64,000 nucleotides of DNA, from the NCBI GenBank assembly GCA_051362555.1, contig CM120640.1, forward strand, positions 41,766,788 through 41,830,787, written 5' to 3'. This DNA comes from Lingula anatina. Lineage: Eukaryota > Animalia > Brachiopoda. How positions within the stretch are numbered: the first letter of the stretch is position 1; each line of letters begins with the position of its first letter. The notes under the pieces are model-generated. The model was not told the origin of the DNA, did no database searches, and saw only the letters and a list, made by a program, of their open reading frames with translations. The translations under genes were made by a program, and so were the position numbers. Below are positions 1 to 12,099 of this stretch, piece after piece.

Positions 1-1299
1 GCTGGTCGAGGAAGACTGCCCGCCTTGGGCCACGTACTCGTGTTCATCAGGAAGAGTGGCGTACTGGAACTCGGAGTTTGACCTCAGCAAGCAAGAGTCC
101 GGAAATTCCACCAGGTGCACATTTAGCGATTTGTCCTGCACTGTCTCTGCCGAGCGAGCTCTCCGCACTGTTGAATCGTCAATATGTTTCTTCCTCTGTT
201 GCGGAGACATTGCCTCGTCCCCTGTGCTACTTCTACGCTTTAAAGTAGAGTCCTCATAATCATCGGGGTCATCACGTTCTTGGCTGTCGCCCCGGATGGG
301 CAGGGTAGACGCACATTCGTACTCCCCGCCTTTTAGGGTATGATCCTCGAAGCTATCATCAAGTTGATCCCCGTCAGAGCTACGGGTTTCGTCCAGTCTT
401 TCCGAGCTAGAATCTTCCACGTCATCCCAGTATAGAATTCTATTCACTTCCCCGCGGACTTGAACGACCGGGGGTCGATTCTCGGGGTCTTTTTGGAGCA
501 TGTAATGGATTAAGGAGGCCATCTCGTATTTGACAAAACGCTCAGAGTGCGATAGTTGATCTACCTGTGGTAAAAATGTGTTTGGATTGTTGGTCAGGAA
601 TTGCCAGACTGGTTGTTTTGAACCCCCAGCGTCAACCAAAGGAGCTATCAGTTCACGGCCATCTGGCAGTGTGTGAATAGTGTGACAGAGGATGGCAACG
701 TAAATGAGGCCTAAAGAAAACACGTCCCCTTTCGCATCGTACTGACCCTCATTAACCTCGGGTGCCATGAAATAATTAGTTCCCCAGTTTGTTTTAGCAT
801 ACCCAGCTGAGAAGTCTTTCAAGGACACATCCTCACTTTTACCAATGAACTTCGACAGTCCGAAATCAGACAGTTTTACTACATATTGTCCGCTGACGCA
901 GTCAATGAGGACGTGCTCGGGCTTGAGATCTCTATGAATAAGGCCCTTAGAGTGTAGATAGGCCAGTCCTACAGCTAATTGGTGCATAAAACCGTAAACC
1001 GTGCGGTGATTATCATCTGCGAAGTTCAGCAGGTATTGATTTAGATCTCCTGCTGTACAATACTCCATTACAACACACGCCTCATTCTCTCCAGAAGGAA
1101 ACCAGTCAAATCTTAGAATATTGTCGTGTTTGGGGACGTTATTTATTATCCCTAATTCTCTCAGCATGGCGGAGCGATTGACATCCGTGCACTTAATTAC
1201 CTTGACTGCATAGTCTTTGTCTCCCTTTTTAGCCAGATAAACGTCTCCAAACTCTCCTCCACCTAATCTCTCAACAGGCTGGTACCCCTTCCTCTCCAT
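1..1299 (-). CDS. Ser/Thr protein kinase, PDIK1L/STK35 (NKF4)-like; uninterrupted ORF in window, 3' end beyond the left edge
   Basis: Manual translation from ATG at 1299 stays open for 433 codons to position 1: MERKGYQPVERLGGGEFGDVYLAK..YAVKVI..RE..VMEYCTAGDLNQYLL..LHSKGLIHRDLKPEHVLI..KLSDFGLSK..WGTNYFMAPEVNEGQYDAKGDVFSLGLIY..MLQKDPENRP, then an acidic/Ser-rich tail. The segment 'FMAPEV.EG.Y.AK.D.F.LG.I' resembles PDIK1L/STK35. The ORF track missed it because there is no stop in the window. Confidence 0.9.
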   Translation of the reverse strand, partial: MERKGYQPVERLGGGEFGDVYLAKKGDKDYAVKVIKCTDVNRSAMLRELGIINNVPKHDNILRFDWFPSGENEACVVMEYCTAGDLNQYLLNFADDNHRTVYGFMHQLAVGLAYLHSKGLIHRDLKPEHVLIDCVSGQYVVKLSDFGLSKFIGKSEDVSLKDFSAGYAKTNWGTNYFMAPEVNEGQYDAKGDVFSLGLIYVAILCHTIHTLPDGRELIAPLVDAGGSKQPVWQFLTNNPNTFLPQVDQLSHSERFVKYEMASLIHYMLQKDPENRPPVVQVRGEVNRILYWDDVEDSSSERLDETRSSDGDQLDDSFEDHTLKGGEYECASTLPIRGDSQERDDPDDYEDSTLKRRSSTGDEAMSPQQRKKHIDDSTVRRARSAETVQDKSLNVHLVEFPDSCLLRSNSEFQYATLPDEHEYVAQGGQSSSTS

Positions 1300-1365
1300 C
1301 TTGACTCAGTTATATATCACAAAGACGCCAGTAGACCAACGTATCTTCTCAGATGACGCCGTTGT

Positions 1366-1663
1366 CTGAATATTTGAGAAAAAAGTCAACAGGTCATGAC
1401 TCGGAGACACTGAGTACAGCAGTGTAGGTCCCACCGCTTCACACTAGTAGTTAACTGCTGTCCGACAGCTTACATCCTTGTTCACCCTTCCCTAGCATTA
1501 ACGTCATGCACTACGACATGTCGGTTATTTCCATGTTACTTAAATTTCAGCAAACACACACGCACAATTTGTGTGAGTCAACACCATCAATAAATTCAGA
1601 AAACACTGAACAAAAGTAGGCCACGCTCTGTTGTGCCACACGTAGTGTATATTTATAGGGCGG
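1366..1663 (-). promoter_or_regulatory. Putative kinase promoter (GC box + TATA) and 5'UTR intron
   Basis: The minus strand reads ccgccCTATAAAT at 1663-1651. There is a donor gat|GTAAGC at 1473 and an acceptor tttttttctcaaatattCAG ending at 1366, 67 nt upstream of the ATG. Motif-only evidence. Confidence 0.4.
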
Positions 1664-2924
1664 CTTATCTTGACCCAGTTATTGCCGCACAGCAGGAAAA
1701 CTATTGTCATTGTATGCGAGGCCCACTTCGCTGTTGTTGTGCTGTAGGCCACAATACATCCATATTAAAGATAGGACCAAAACATTTCCGGTGGTTAAAT
1801 GGTGTAAAATCAGCTCACTTTTTCTGACGCTTCCACCATCCACATCGATTTGGCCGCGCAAAGGTTTCTATTTTGAGCCCAGTGGAAATACCTTCACCAA
1901 TGTATGTATGTATACGGACGTCCAGATCAATAATGTTATCTCGTCTGCTAATATATTGCCAGAAATATGTGCAATATTGGTGTCACAGTAATTCTAACAT
2001 TTGGCTCACGTATAAGTATACCTAACGTACGACTTTTAAGGGCCATCGTTCAAGAAAATATTAAAACGCCTCGTATCACGTTTACAAGTCTTTTAAACCG
2101 TCATTTTACTCAGTTACTATTTCCGACAGCCTTACTTTTGAATTAAACACAAAGAGATTTAAAAACTTTGAGTTACAAAATTCAAACAAATGGTAGGAGT
2201 CATTAATATTATCAAAGGTAAAGGGAATAGAGCTATGTTCTTTATTTCTAGATATACAAAGATAAAATGATTTCATTTCACTCTTATACTTGAACAAACA
2301 CCGAATGAGATAACCTTTTGTTTATTTAACGTGAACATTGAGAAAACAAAAAACACATCATTATATAAAAGAAGCGACAAATGGCAAATATATACAGGCG
2401 AACCCAAGGACCCGGTATAAATTTGGTCCCAGTGCAAACTGTATGTAGTTTATCTGTATTTCGCGTCTAAACTTTCTACTTGTATTATGCAAAACAATAT
2501 CATAATAACAATGTAGTTGTACTATACCCTTGTTACCTGTACATGCATGATACTTTGATACAAGATACATTTTAAAATTATTCTATAATGCTTCTCTTAA
2601 AGACTATGCTTGCGTTAGCGAATTTGTTAGTACCAGGTTAGATGTTAATAAATTTTCCACAAGCGTTACTGAGTGAACAGAAGTCGGCAATTTGTTTCAT
2701 GCCTGTTGCGACCGTACTAGTATGCAGGCTTTTCCTTATTTCTACCAGATCACTAGTTGGCGTTAATATCCCAGAATAAAATTCGCCGAATCAGGCAGGT
2801 CACAGTCTTAACTTAAGCGAAGGCATCCCGTATCACGGTATTGGAAGCGAGTTGGGGGGAGTAAAAAAAAATATTTTAACTCAAGCATATCCCTTTGATA
2901 TGTAGATCTATATCAACATTTGTA

Positions 2925-2927
<3 letters not shown>

Positions 2928-2965
<38 letters not shown>

Positions 2966-2988
2966 GGTGAAGGATTCCTCACCAGTTT
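2928..2988. repeat. A36 tract abutting a 10-bp-stem hairpin
   Basis: A-run 2928-2963. aaactggtga (2961-2970) is complementary to tcaccagttt (2979-2988) around an 8-nt loop. Confidence 0.8.
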
Positions 2989-3468
2989 CTATCAAAACGT
3001 ACATCAATACCTGTGACACATGGTGCCTACTGCTACCCTATGTTTTATGAGCCCACAAAGTTATTCTGTAGCTAAGAGTTGTTTGTATACTTTCGTTACA
3101 ACAACAACACAACATTACAAAAGAATACTACAATGTAGTAGTTTCAAATGTCCATATGTGATGTTCGTCGAAAATATTGACTGCATACACCAAGGGGAAT
3201 TTTTACTCTAGTAAGCAATCAAATATGTCACATCTGAATGTGAAACAATGGTTTGGATATCTTAATTTCCACATCTGATAAGATGGTTATTCATGTAAAA
3301 AACCCTTGATCTTTAAAATAAATATTGACAACATTTAATCAGTAAGAAGTAATATAGAAAATAATATGTTATCATGTAAGGGTAGTTACATGTTTATACT
3401 ATACCCAGTATATCATATCATAAAAAAAGTTAATACACAATATATACTAAAGTGTGACATCAGAAAAT

Positions 3469-4669
3469 TTAAAATCTAGGCTGATGAAAGCAAATTCTTC
3501 CATTCAAGCACCCTGAAACCAACAAGTGGTGAGTTGGTGAAAATTTTGTTGAGACAACAATATTGCTATGGCTAATATTGGCTTTAACTTCATACAGCTG
3601 CATGGGGCTTGTGGGCACTGTGTCACACATCTCACTGCAGTGGTCATTAAAGGCAAGTAGTCGGATCCCAAAACTGTATGGAGAACAAATTATACGACCG
3701 TCCGAGCTGAAACAAAGTTCTTTGATGAAGCCCCTGCCCACAGCAGGCTCCTCTTTGAAGTGGGTCAAGCGTGGAATATTTTGGTGAATTTCTGGAGTAT
3801 TGACAGATGCTTTATTTTTCTTACCGCCAAGAAACAGAAGAGTTCTTTCAATATGTTGGGCTCCTGAGCGAATAACGAATGTCACAGATTCTGTGTAATG
3901 TGGAGAGTTTCTTGACTGGTGGCGCCATCTCACACCAGTTGAAGTAGATGGTTCGTCATGATCGTCACTGTCGTTATGACCTGTGTCATTATCATTTTGC
4001 ACCTCCCTTGATTCATCACTCGCATTACTGGAGGTAGATGGCAGTGGAAACACACCTGTGTTGTTAGCTTCAGTTGTTCTTGAGTCAGAAAAGTTTCTAT
4101 TTCTAAGAGAGCGCCCACCAGATGTTGAAGCAGGATGTCCAGCTGCTTCTGCTCCTGTTGTCGTCTCGGGTCTAACGGACAGACTACCCCTTTCTGTATT
4201 TTGTCTTTCTAAATAACTTGAACTCAAACTTACATCTCTTGGTGTCGGAGACACAATGTTAGAACTGGCACTGTGTGAATTCTGTAGCCCTGAAGTTCCA
4301 GCAGAACGTGTCATCTGATACAGATCATTAGCGACTGCATCTTCCCCAGTGGCAAGGGCAGACAACCCACTAGAAAAAGCAGGGGACCTAGTAAGTCTGC
4401 GTCTCTGAGCACCTCTTCTTAGATAGACACCTGTAAATGGAAGGGGTATTTCCTCTCCCTCCTCCTGAGCAAGGTGGGCTGAGTTCTCTTGTTCCTGTTG
4501 TGACGCTTGAGCATTTTCGCCAGATGGAGCATCTTCATCTTCTTCCTCATCAGGCCTCCATCCCGGGCTACGTCCAGGTTGATCTGATGAATCGCTTCCA
4601 AATTGCTGAGAATATGGCAAGTTTGAATTGTCAACACTGATGGACAGCATAAACGATGGACTGGATGAC
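3469..4669 (-). CDS. DCAF10: DCAF10 last coding exon (disordered insert plus C-terminal WD repeats)
   Basis: ccctcatctag|G SSSPSF, in frame with ORF 3469..4650; ends FHQPRF-TAA. Confidence 0.9.
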
Positions 4670-7600
4670 CTAGATGAGGGAACAAAATTACATAAATACT
4701 AGTATATCACTCAGGTTTCCGATCAAAATGGTTTAGCAGTGAGAAAGTGAAAAAGATATGGCTACAAATATTCCATTTCTGAATATCTACAATCTTCACA
4801 ATGATGTTATCAACACAAAGGAGTTTTAAAATTAGATTCAATCAAATTTGAAGTGTTTTGTTTTAATATTTGTCCAAATCAAACAAAATTTCTAACTAAA
4901 CACCAGCTGCTGGCCAAAAAAATATTTTGTACAATATCCTACAAACACACCGTGGATTCTCCGCTCTACTCGATGATGTAGCACCAGGCAATGTGACAGT
5001 CATGGACGACCTGTGAGTTCTTGCACTTATTAACCCCTCTGTTTCATCCTCTTCTTCCCCGTCATTGCTATCTCCCCCATCATGGGACTGGTTCTCCTCC
5101 CTCTCCTCCTCCTCCTCCCTGAACTTCTCCTGATCCTTGTCTTGGATATCATGGATGCAGCTCCACTGAAATAACAGACAGCAAGGTATAGATCAAGTTA
5201 CACTTAAACCTTGCCTTTTTATAAACTCCTGTATTTTTCTAAATACAAGACTGGCAAAATGGATAAGTTTTGATTTTGGGAGGTGAATGGGTGGGTTGGG
5301 GGCTGGTTTCACAAAATAATCTTGGACTGATAGTTGGTCTAGTTTTAGTCCAAGATTTTGGTTTACTTCTCTTCAGGAAACAGGCCAGTAACCAGCAAAT
5401 TAAAAAGGGTGGTTTAGAGATCAACTTTCAGTCCACAGTTCCGAAATGAAACAGCCCCAAGATCTGCTGCAATATAGCCCTAAGCTGCAAAAGGTGTATG
5501 TATGTTCATGATTGGGAAACCTCTGTAGTGCAACAGATTGACAGCAATCATCCTGACATGAACTTAGACTCTCAAGTGTCCATGCACACAGGATATAGTT
5601 ATGTATCTCTTAGCTTTGTTTCCCACATCTAGATTGATCTAACAGGCTCGATCCATCTCCAAGGGTTTCTCGCTTAATTGCTTTCCGCTTAAGTGGCCTA
5701 GACATCTGGCACACCAACTGAAGCTGCTAAACTATATTTAATTACCCCCTAGCAGCTTCAGTAGGCTTGCCAGACATCTAAGCCACTTAAGTTGATTGCA
5801 ATTTAGCAAGAATCCCCTCGGAGATAGATGATCCACAGTAAGTATGATAAAGTCTGGGAATGGTCCCTTAGTATACTAAATGCTCTAAATGAATTCCATT
5901 TCTAAGGTCATTGACCTATTCACCTGCTGTCACAGCTGTCAGTTCACACAGCTGTGACTACCCCTAAATATAGACTTACTGACAGTAGAAATGAGGAAAA
6001 CAAGGCCATATATTTAATAAAATATCAGACAGTGCTTTCCCTGCTTTATGCATCTTAGCCAAATACTGCAGTCTATTCATTATCAAAGGCACACACCACA
6101 ATGAATCAATGTTACTGTTGAATCATATTCATTTCCTGTTATAATAATACTTAAATAGGCTAATGGATTTTGACATGAATTTTTCATGAATATATTACAG
6201 GCAACAAAAGCATTCAGTTCAAAAAGTGCAAAAAATGGTATTTTGTATTTGTTAGGGATAAGAGTTTCTTTTTAACATCCATAAAATGCTTATGTTGCTT
6301 TATCTGTAGAATTTGAGAGGGAAGTGCAAATGTTTGTTTGTTATAACACTTTTTGTTTGACAAGCCTAGGTGAAGATAAAATTTTGAATAACAGTGCAAT
6401 TTTCAAGATGAAGTTTCAAAAACAAACCTCAGAATTTTCATCCCCACTGCTGTTTCTGGAAAGAGCACACCAACCCTGAGGATGAATCTGCAAAACAAAA
6501 TCAGCATATAATTTAAAAAAATATATATTTAACAAGTTAATGATGTTTACTTTAGATTACTCAGGTCTTTCACAAATTTAGACTTCATATATAAGGGTGT
6601 GCCTGAGAAGACTTGAGAGCTGAGAACAAATATTATGTGAAAGCTCATCACCTGTAATGAAGAAATCATCTCTGCATCATCTCCCTCAGGGAAGTCACTG
6701 ATCAGCTCTACCCTATTCCTCTCCCCCTCAAACACACGGTTATACATATACCCTTGTCGAATTGGGGAACGACTCATCTGCATCAGCCGGTACATGTTGG
6801 GCTTAAAACCACGTAGGTCCGAGGCCAGAGTGGTCAGATCTAGGTCGTGGATGACCATGAGGTATCCCCCGGCTGTGGCTATGACCAGTTTGGTGCCATC
6901 AGGAGTCAGTCTGGACCTCATTAAAGAGCTGGTGTGAAAGACCCTCTGGTACTCTACAGCACTCTCTGAGTATCTGTCATTTCAAAACAAAATGAGGATT
7001 AGGACACAAGTTATATTGTTAATTCATATATGACAAAGCATACATTTTAAGAGAATACAGGTAAATAAAAAACTTCTATATTAAAATGAAAAAGAAATAT
7101 AGGGCAAATATGAAACACACACAGAATATGACTCAACTAAAAATCAACAATCTACATTCAACAGGCAGGCAAAATCATGCTCTATACTGAATGTTTAATA
7201 AGCAACTAATGCTGATACATTTATATCTGAATAGCATATTGGATACAGCAGGAGAGAGCTTAGCTGTATTGCTTTCAACTAATTCGTGGATATGTCAATT
7301 TTAATACATAAATGTCTCATGCAAATTTACATTAAACTGAGTTTTCAGCTTTAGATGGAAGCAAGAATAGAAGGAACCATACAAATTCTTTCTTTCAACT
7401 AATATGCCGAAAATGTTAATCAAAGACAAACTAGCAAGGTGAAAATGGAGCTTTATTTTTTGACACTGAGTATGTAACTTACTTATTGATGTCCCAGGTA
7501 TAGATGCTACCATCAAATCCAGAGGTAACCAGCAATCCCTGATCACTTGCATATTCTATATTTTTCACCTGAAGAATATAAAGAAACTGATGACAATAAG

Positions 7601-10600
7601 CTTTATTCAAACATGAGTCTGTCTTAAAGCCATTAATTACAAGAAGATTGTCTTCCTTCACATCCAATGATCCTTACTTTTTAAAAATTGGATCATTCTT
7701 TGATTTGTTCAAGAATATTAAGTTAAAATTATGAAACTAGCATAAATATATAATATTTCCTTTTCCTGACCCCAGTATATTCAGTAATATTCAATAAAAT
7801 GAGAATACTGTATTTTTAAACATATTTTTTCATTTAACGTTTCCATTATGTTACAAATGGTTTATATATTTACTTATATCTTAGCCAATGAAAGCTAGCC
7901 ATCATTTTCTTATTATTTTTTTAAATTATCATTTATAAATTGAAACAAGGTATAAACAAGGCCATATCAAAAATACCTTAAAACAGCTTTGCTCTGTCCC
8001 AGTATTTAAATAAAGAAGCACATCATTTTGTCTATCAGGGGTACTGTTGGACCAATTGAGATGTATACTGTGATAAAGGGCATGACCCATGGAACCCACT
8101 TACCCAATTAGAGTGGCCTCTGAGAGTTCTGACTTTATTTTTGAGGTAGCGAGTGTCCCACAGAGCTATGGTGGTGTCATCAGAACATGTCGCAAAGGTA
8201 CGGTTGTCCAGAAACCTGGGAGTAAAAGAAAGTTGGCAATTCATGCATTTATCATTATTAATTCATCACTCAGTGCTTGCAGGTTAATGACCTTCACAAT
8301 ATGGGTTATTTGGGCTCAAGTGGTATTATTCATTTTCAAACAAGTTTTTATGTAACATATTCTATTCAAATTTTTCTGTAGTTGTAAATTGTAAGGCACC
8401 TTCATAGCAATCTTTTAATCAATGGCACTGGAAACTGCCCCCCCCCCAAAAAAAAAAAAAAAAAAAAAGGTAATATAAACTGTCACAACAAATCCACCTC
8501 CTATTTATCAGGGAGGACAAGTAAGATATTCTTTGTAACAGAGAAATCACTAAACCATGAGGAAAGGCATCAGTTTATGGATCAAATAAGATATTATGAC
8601 ATTCTACATTTGGCACAGCATTCCTGTCCATTATGTAAATGCAGTATTCCAGTTGAACACAAGTGTATATCTATTTATAAATACAAGCTTGAGGTTTACA
8701 AACACAGTGTTTATCAGGGACATGACCTACTTTATAAGCAAGGAGACCCTACCATATTGAAATTTTGCCAAATGCAGCAGGTAATTTACTCTGATTGAAG
8801 AAATAATTTTGATTGAAGAGAAGAATTACCACTCTCCCCCATTTTACCATCAAACTATCAATGTGGTAATTTTTTTTCAATTGGGAAATTGCCTAATATC
8901 TGGGGATGACTTGAGCATTAAATTAATCACTGCTTAATGTTATGATGTAAGTACTCGAGTACTCTTTTGGTAAAAGATACAATGTGCACAGCAAATTATA
9001 ATTAACTTTTCAAATTATGTACCTACTACCATAGCAATTAAACATGGATTATAAAGATTCAATTCAAAATTCTGAATCCACTATATCTCACTCAATGCAA
9101 TGATGCAACTTTACTAATTCATTACAGACTTCAAATAATCCTGGTTCAAATCACATTGTCTAAACAAAGCTTACGAAGCAGGTGTTCTTGTCTTATAAGA
9201 TTACATCATCAGCCTTCCTGCCAGGTGTAAGATATTATCATGTTATTGTTAGTGAAGTGAGAGGGTATTCAAAGCCCAGTACTAGTAAACATCCCTGTGG
9301 TATTAACATGGGATAAAATAAGTATGAGGAGATCAAGTTTAATAGAAGATTTCAGCAGATCAGAAAGATAAGGTCAGGTTCACTGCAAGACTAACTTAAA
9401 CCAGTCAAAGTAAAGACCAGTAGAGTAGTGACACATATGACATCACCCAACACCTTGATTGTTCAAGCACAAATTTCAAGTCAAAGACAGGATGGAGGGT
9501 CCCTAAAGTTTGTGGTTCTGTGCAAAATATGAAGACCACTATCACATGTCACATCTTTGTGTATGTGGTATATATGGATACAAAGGAGTTCTTCCTCTAC
9601 AATCTTATCATAAGGTGATGGCATTTAAGCTATTTCAGAGTGAATATAACCTTGGAAAGTTAAAAATACCAGCATGTGGCAAACACCTCATCATAGCTCC
9701 ATCACCATGCATACTTAAGAAGGTGAAATCCTACTATCAATATTCCTTTGTCTGGAACATCTGCTTATCCTTTAAAAATTTTACTAGCATGCTTGTAATT
9801 ATAAGATACCTGTAATGTAGTCCTACTGTTCCTATATTTAGTCATTTCTCACTAAATCATTACCATCTTTTTCAAATTTATTTTTCTGGAAAATTTTTTG
9901 GAATTTTAAAGAATACAAAAGATAAGAATGCAAATTCTAGCACATAAATTATTTGTTATGGTTTCAAATAACTTTTCTCACCTGAATAATTCACATCATG
10001 CTGGCTCATACATAGAAATGATATAATACTCATACTTATTACAGAAGTATATACGAGTAATGCAAGAAGTACTAGTAGTGACAGTCAAATTATGCCAATT
10101 CTGCTGGATGTGGTGTGATAGACCGTTGCAGGTAATAATCAATGCTACTTGTTAACTTGGTACTGGATTGAGATATTTCACTAACTTTTCAAATTTACAC
10201 AAAGGCTCAAAATAACTCACTTATTAACTACTTAGGAGCCTTAATCTTGATCACGTTTTCTTGAAAACAAACAGAAATAGAAAGATTAACACACAAACTA
10301 AAGCAAAGCTCTAATTAGTTGCAGTCTGTGCCAAAACCTTTCTAAGATTACAAACCCTAAGGGAATCAAAGTCGAATACATAATCAACTTCCTGCGCAGT
10401 GTAACTGAACACATTTACAAAATTTTTCTGGTTCAATTTAAATTTTACTGACGTATGGTGTGGGGCAAATGTTAATGCTGTTACTGTAAATATTTTTGTA
10501 CCTGACAAAATTGACACAATCTTCATGTGCATTATCCTTGTAACTTATCAGCTGTTGATTCAGTGGATCAAACATCAACAGACTCTTCCTTTCACAAGCT

Positions 10601-11494
10601 GCCACCAGTATAGATCTAGATAAAGGGGTGAAATAGTACATCAGTTAAAAACTTGAAATACTTGTATTCTAATAAAGCACAGAATCATGTTATTGGAGTA
10701 AAAAAAATATAATAATAAATAAATAAATAAATAAATAACATACATATGTATATGTACTTGGAAGATATACTTAAAGAAATATTACCCTTTTGACTTTAAT
10801 ATATCTACTTTCATACTTAAAACATATAAGATTTTAAAAATAACTCAGTTAAAAAAAAAAGAATGTAACTTTACAAAGAAAATCACATTTAAGGGACTCA
10901 AGTGCATGTTTCAAGATCCTGGTCATAATGTGCAATCTATATTGAATTATCAATAGAATGTGCAAAGAATGATCTCTAGAAATCCCAAAAATATTAAACT
11001 GAGGATGCACAGTTATGTAAGTGTCAGTTCACAGCGTGCAACACGCTGTTGTTCAATGTTTACACGACTGAAAAACTTTTAACCCTGAACAGGTTTAACT
11101 CATAGATCTACTTGGAGCTTCAGAACATGGGAAAAATTTTAACTGCTACATAACTGTTGATAATTTATGAATCTTAAACCAAGGGAATAATACTTTTTCA
11201 AAGACTAAGTTGAAGTTAAAATGCCTCATACAAACGTTCGAACACAATTCTAAACAGTTGACAAAGTACTCACCCATCTTTAGAAAAATCGAAGTTAAAT
11301 ACACCACCGTGACGGGTGTGATCTTTCGTTTTTGTTGGGTCCCAACAATTCGCAGATTGGTAGCTAGAGTAAATGTCAGTGTTAAGTCGATCTCTTGGTC
11401 GAATTTGATCTCTGCGAAAATCCTTTGACCGTCCTGTCTCTCGCCTAAAAACGAAGTTCCATGGCATAAAGATATCTCCTGCAGTGCTTCCCAT
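3469..11494 (-). CDS. DCAF10: DDB1- and CUL4-associated factor 10 (WD40 substrate receptor, WDR32); 8 coding exons, 776 aa
   Basis: join(11494-11274,10615-10502,8215-8104,7568-7483,6973-6652,6487-6428,5165-4951,4669-3469) = 2331 nt. All introns are GT-AG with consistent phases. Motifs HGGVFNFDFSKDG, AHEDCVNFVRFLDNRTFATCSDDTTIALWD, GHSNWVKNIEY, LLVTSGFDGS, LMRSRLTPD, SLQIHPQGWC, GRGFIKELCFSSDGRIICSPY and SGCLNGRICFHQPRF match DCAF10. Confidence 0.93.
4951..5165 (-). CDS. DCAF10: DCAF10 coding exon 7 (not in ORF track)
   Basis: ttatttcag|WSCIHDIQDKDQEKFREEEEERE...RAENP; CG|gtgtgt, phase 2, compatible with exon 8. The donor position is less certain. Confidence 0.8.
5651..5829. mobile_element. 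~180-bp imperfect inverted repeat (fold-back, MITE-like) in DCAF10 intron 6
   Basis: Left arm 5651-5729 (atccatctcc...cttaagtggc...ctgaagctgcta) is complementary to right arm 5750-5829 (tagcagcttcag...gccacttaag...ggagatagat), with a 20-nt loop. The inverted repeat is directly visible; MITE origin is inferred. Confidence 0.7.
6428..6487 (-). CDS. DCAF10: DCAF10 coding exon 6 (60 nt, not in ORF track)
   Basis: ttttgttttgcag|IHPQGWCALSRNSSGDENSE|gtttgt. Confidence 0.9.
6652..6973 (-). CDS. DCAF10: DCAF10 coding exon 5
   Basis: tgacag|A; YSESAVEYQRVFHTSSLMRSRLTPDG...MISSLQ; |gtgatg. Confidence 0.9.
7483..7568 (-). CDS. DCAF10: DCAF10 coding exon 4
   Basis: ttcttcag|VKNIEYASDQGLLVTSGFDGSIYTWDIN; AA|gtaagt. 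Confidence 0.92.
8104..8215 (-). CDS. DCAF10: DCAF10 coding exon 3
   Basis: ttttactcccag|G; FLDNRTFATCSDDTTIALWDTRYLKNKVRTLRGHSNW; |gtaagt. Confidence 0.92.
10502..10615 (-). CDS. DCAF10: DCAF10 coding exon 2
   Basis: ttatctag|A; SILVAACERKSLLMFDP...AHEDCVNFV; AG|gtacaa. Confidence 0.9.
11274..11494 (-). CDS. DCAF10: DCAF10 coding exon 1
   Basis: MGSTAG...HGGVFNFDFSKDG; donor GG|gtgagt, phase 2. The start Met could instead be the second Met (MPWNF). Confidence 0.85.
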
Positions 11495-12033
11495 AATGAC
11501 AGGGGAGGCTAGCCACTAGATACTTTGCTCATTGAAATATTTTCCTCAACGAAGAGAAAAATAAAATTCTTCAGCTTAGCTACAGAGTCATGTTGTTTAG
11601 TGGTTTCCGTCACAGAAGAGCTCTCTTCTATAACCAAGACAAGCCAGCTCAGGCGTGTAGTGGAACCTCGTCCCTTTTATCTCACCCCAGATAGGGTCAT
11701 GAACAAAATTACGAATTTTCGATATTAGGAAGGTATCTGTGGTATCGCACCTACAACTGAGGCCACTTAAATCCTGCAGTTACATTTTGAAAAAACTTTC
11801 TTCACACGAAAAGCCATATAGTAAATAACTTGAACTTACTTAGGCCTATATTCTTTGGCGTTATCAGTCATTACCAGTCATGAACTGAGACTACATGTAC
11901 TGTCTGATTTTGGTGATATTTTCAGTAAATGTTTCATTAATTGACAATGTGAACCTCGCCTCTTTTATTCATTGAATAAACTATATCTAAATATATTTTC
12001 TTGATCAATTTCTTTGATTGCGTTAATCACTGT

Positions 12034-12099
12034 GGGCTTATTCTATCGGTCTACGCAGATCGATCCAAGTCTGTGGGGACTCTTGCTGAATACAATCAG
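12034..12099 (+). repeat. Dispersed repeat fragment, copy 1
   Basis: gggcttatt-ctatcggtctacgcagatcgatccaagtctgtggggactcttgctgaatacaatcag is similar to 46232-46307. Confidence 0.7.

Noticed and set aside
56-259. ORF 56..259 (+) and other short ORFs overlapping the kinase or DCAF10 exons (e.g. 3563, 3983, 4437)
   Set aside because: They are antisense or off-frame shadows of real coding exons.
2928-2988. Looks like a bacterial rho-independent terminator on the minus strand
   Set aside because: The context is spliced eukaryotic DNA, so it is kept only as a hairpin plus homopolymer.
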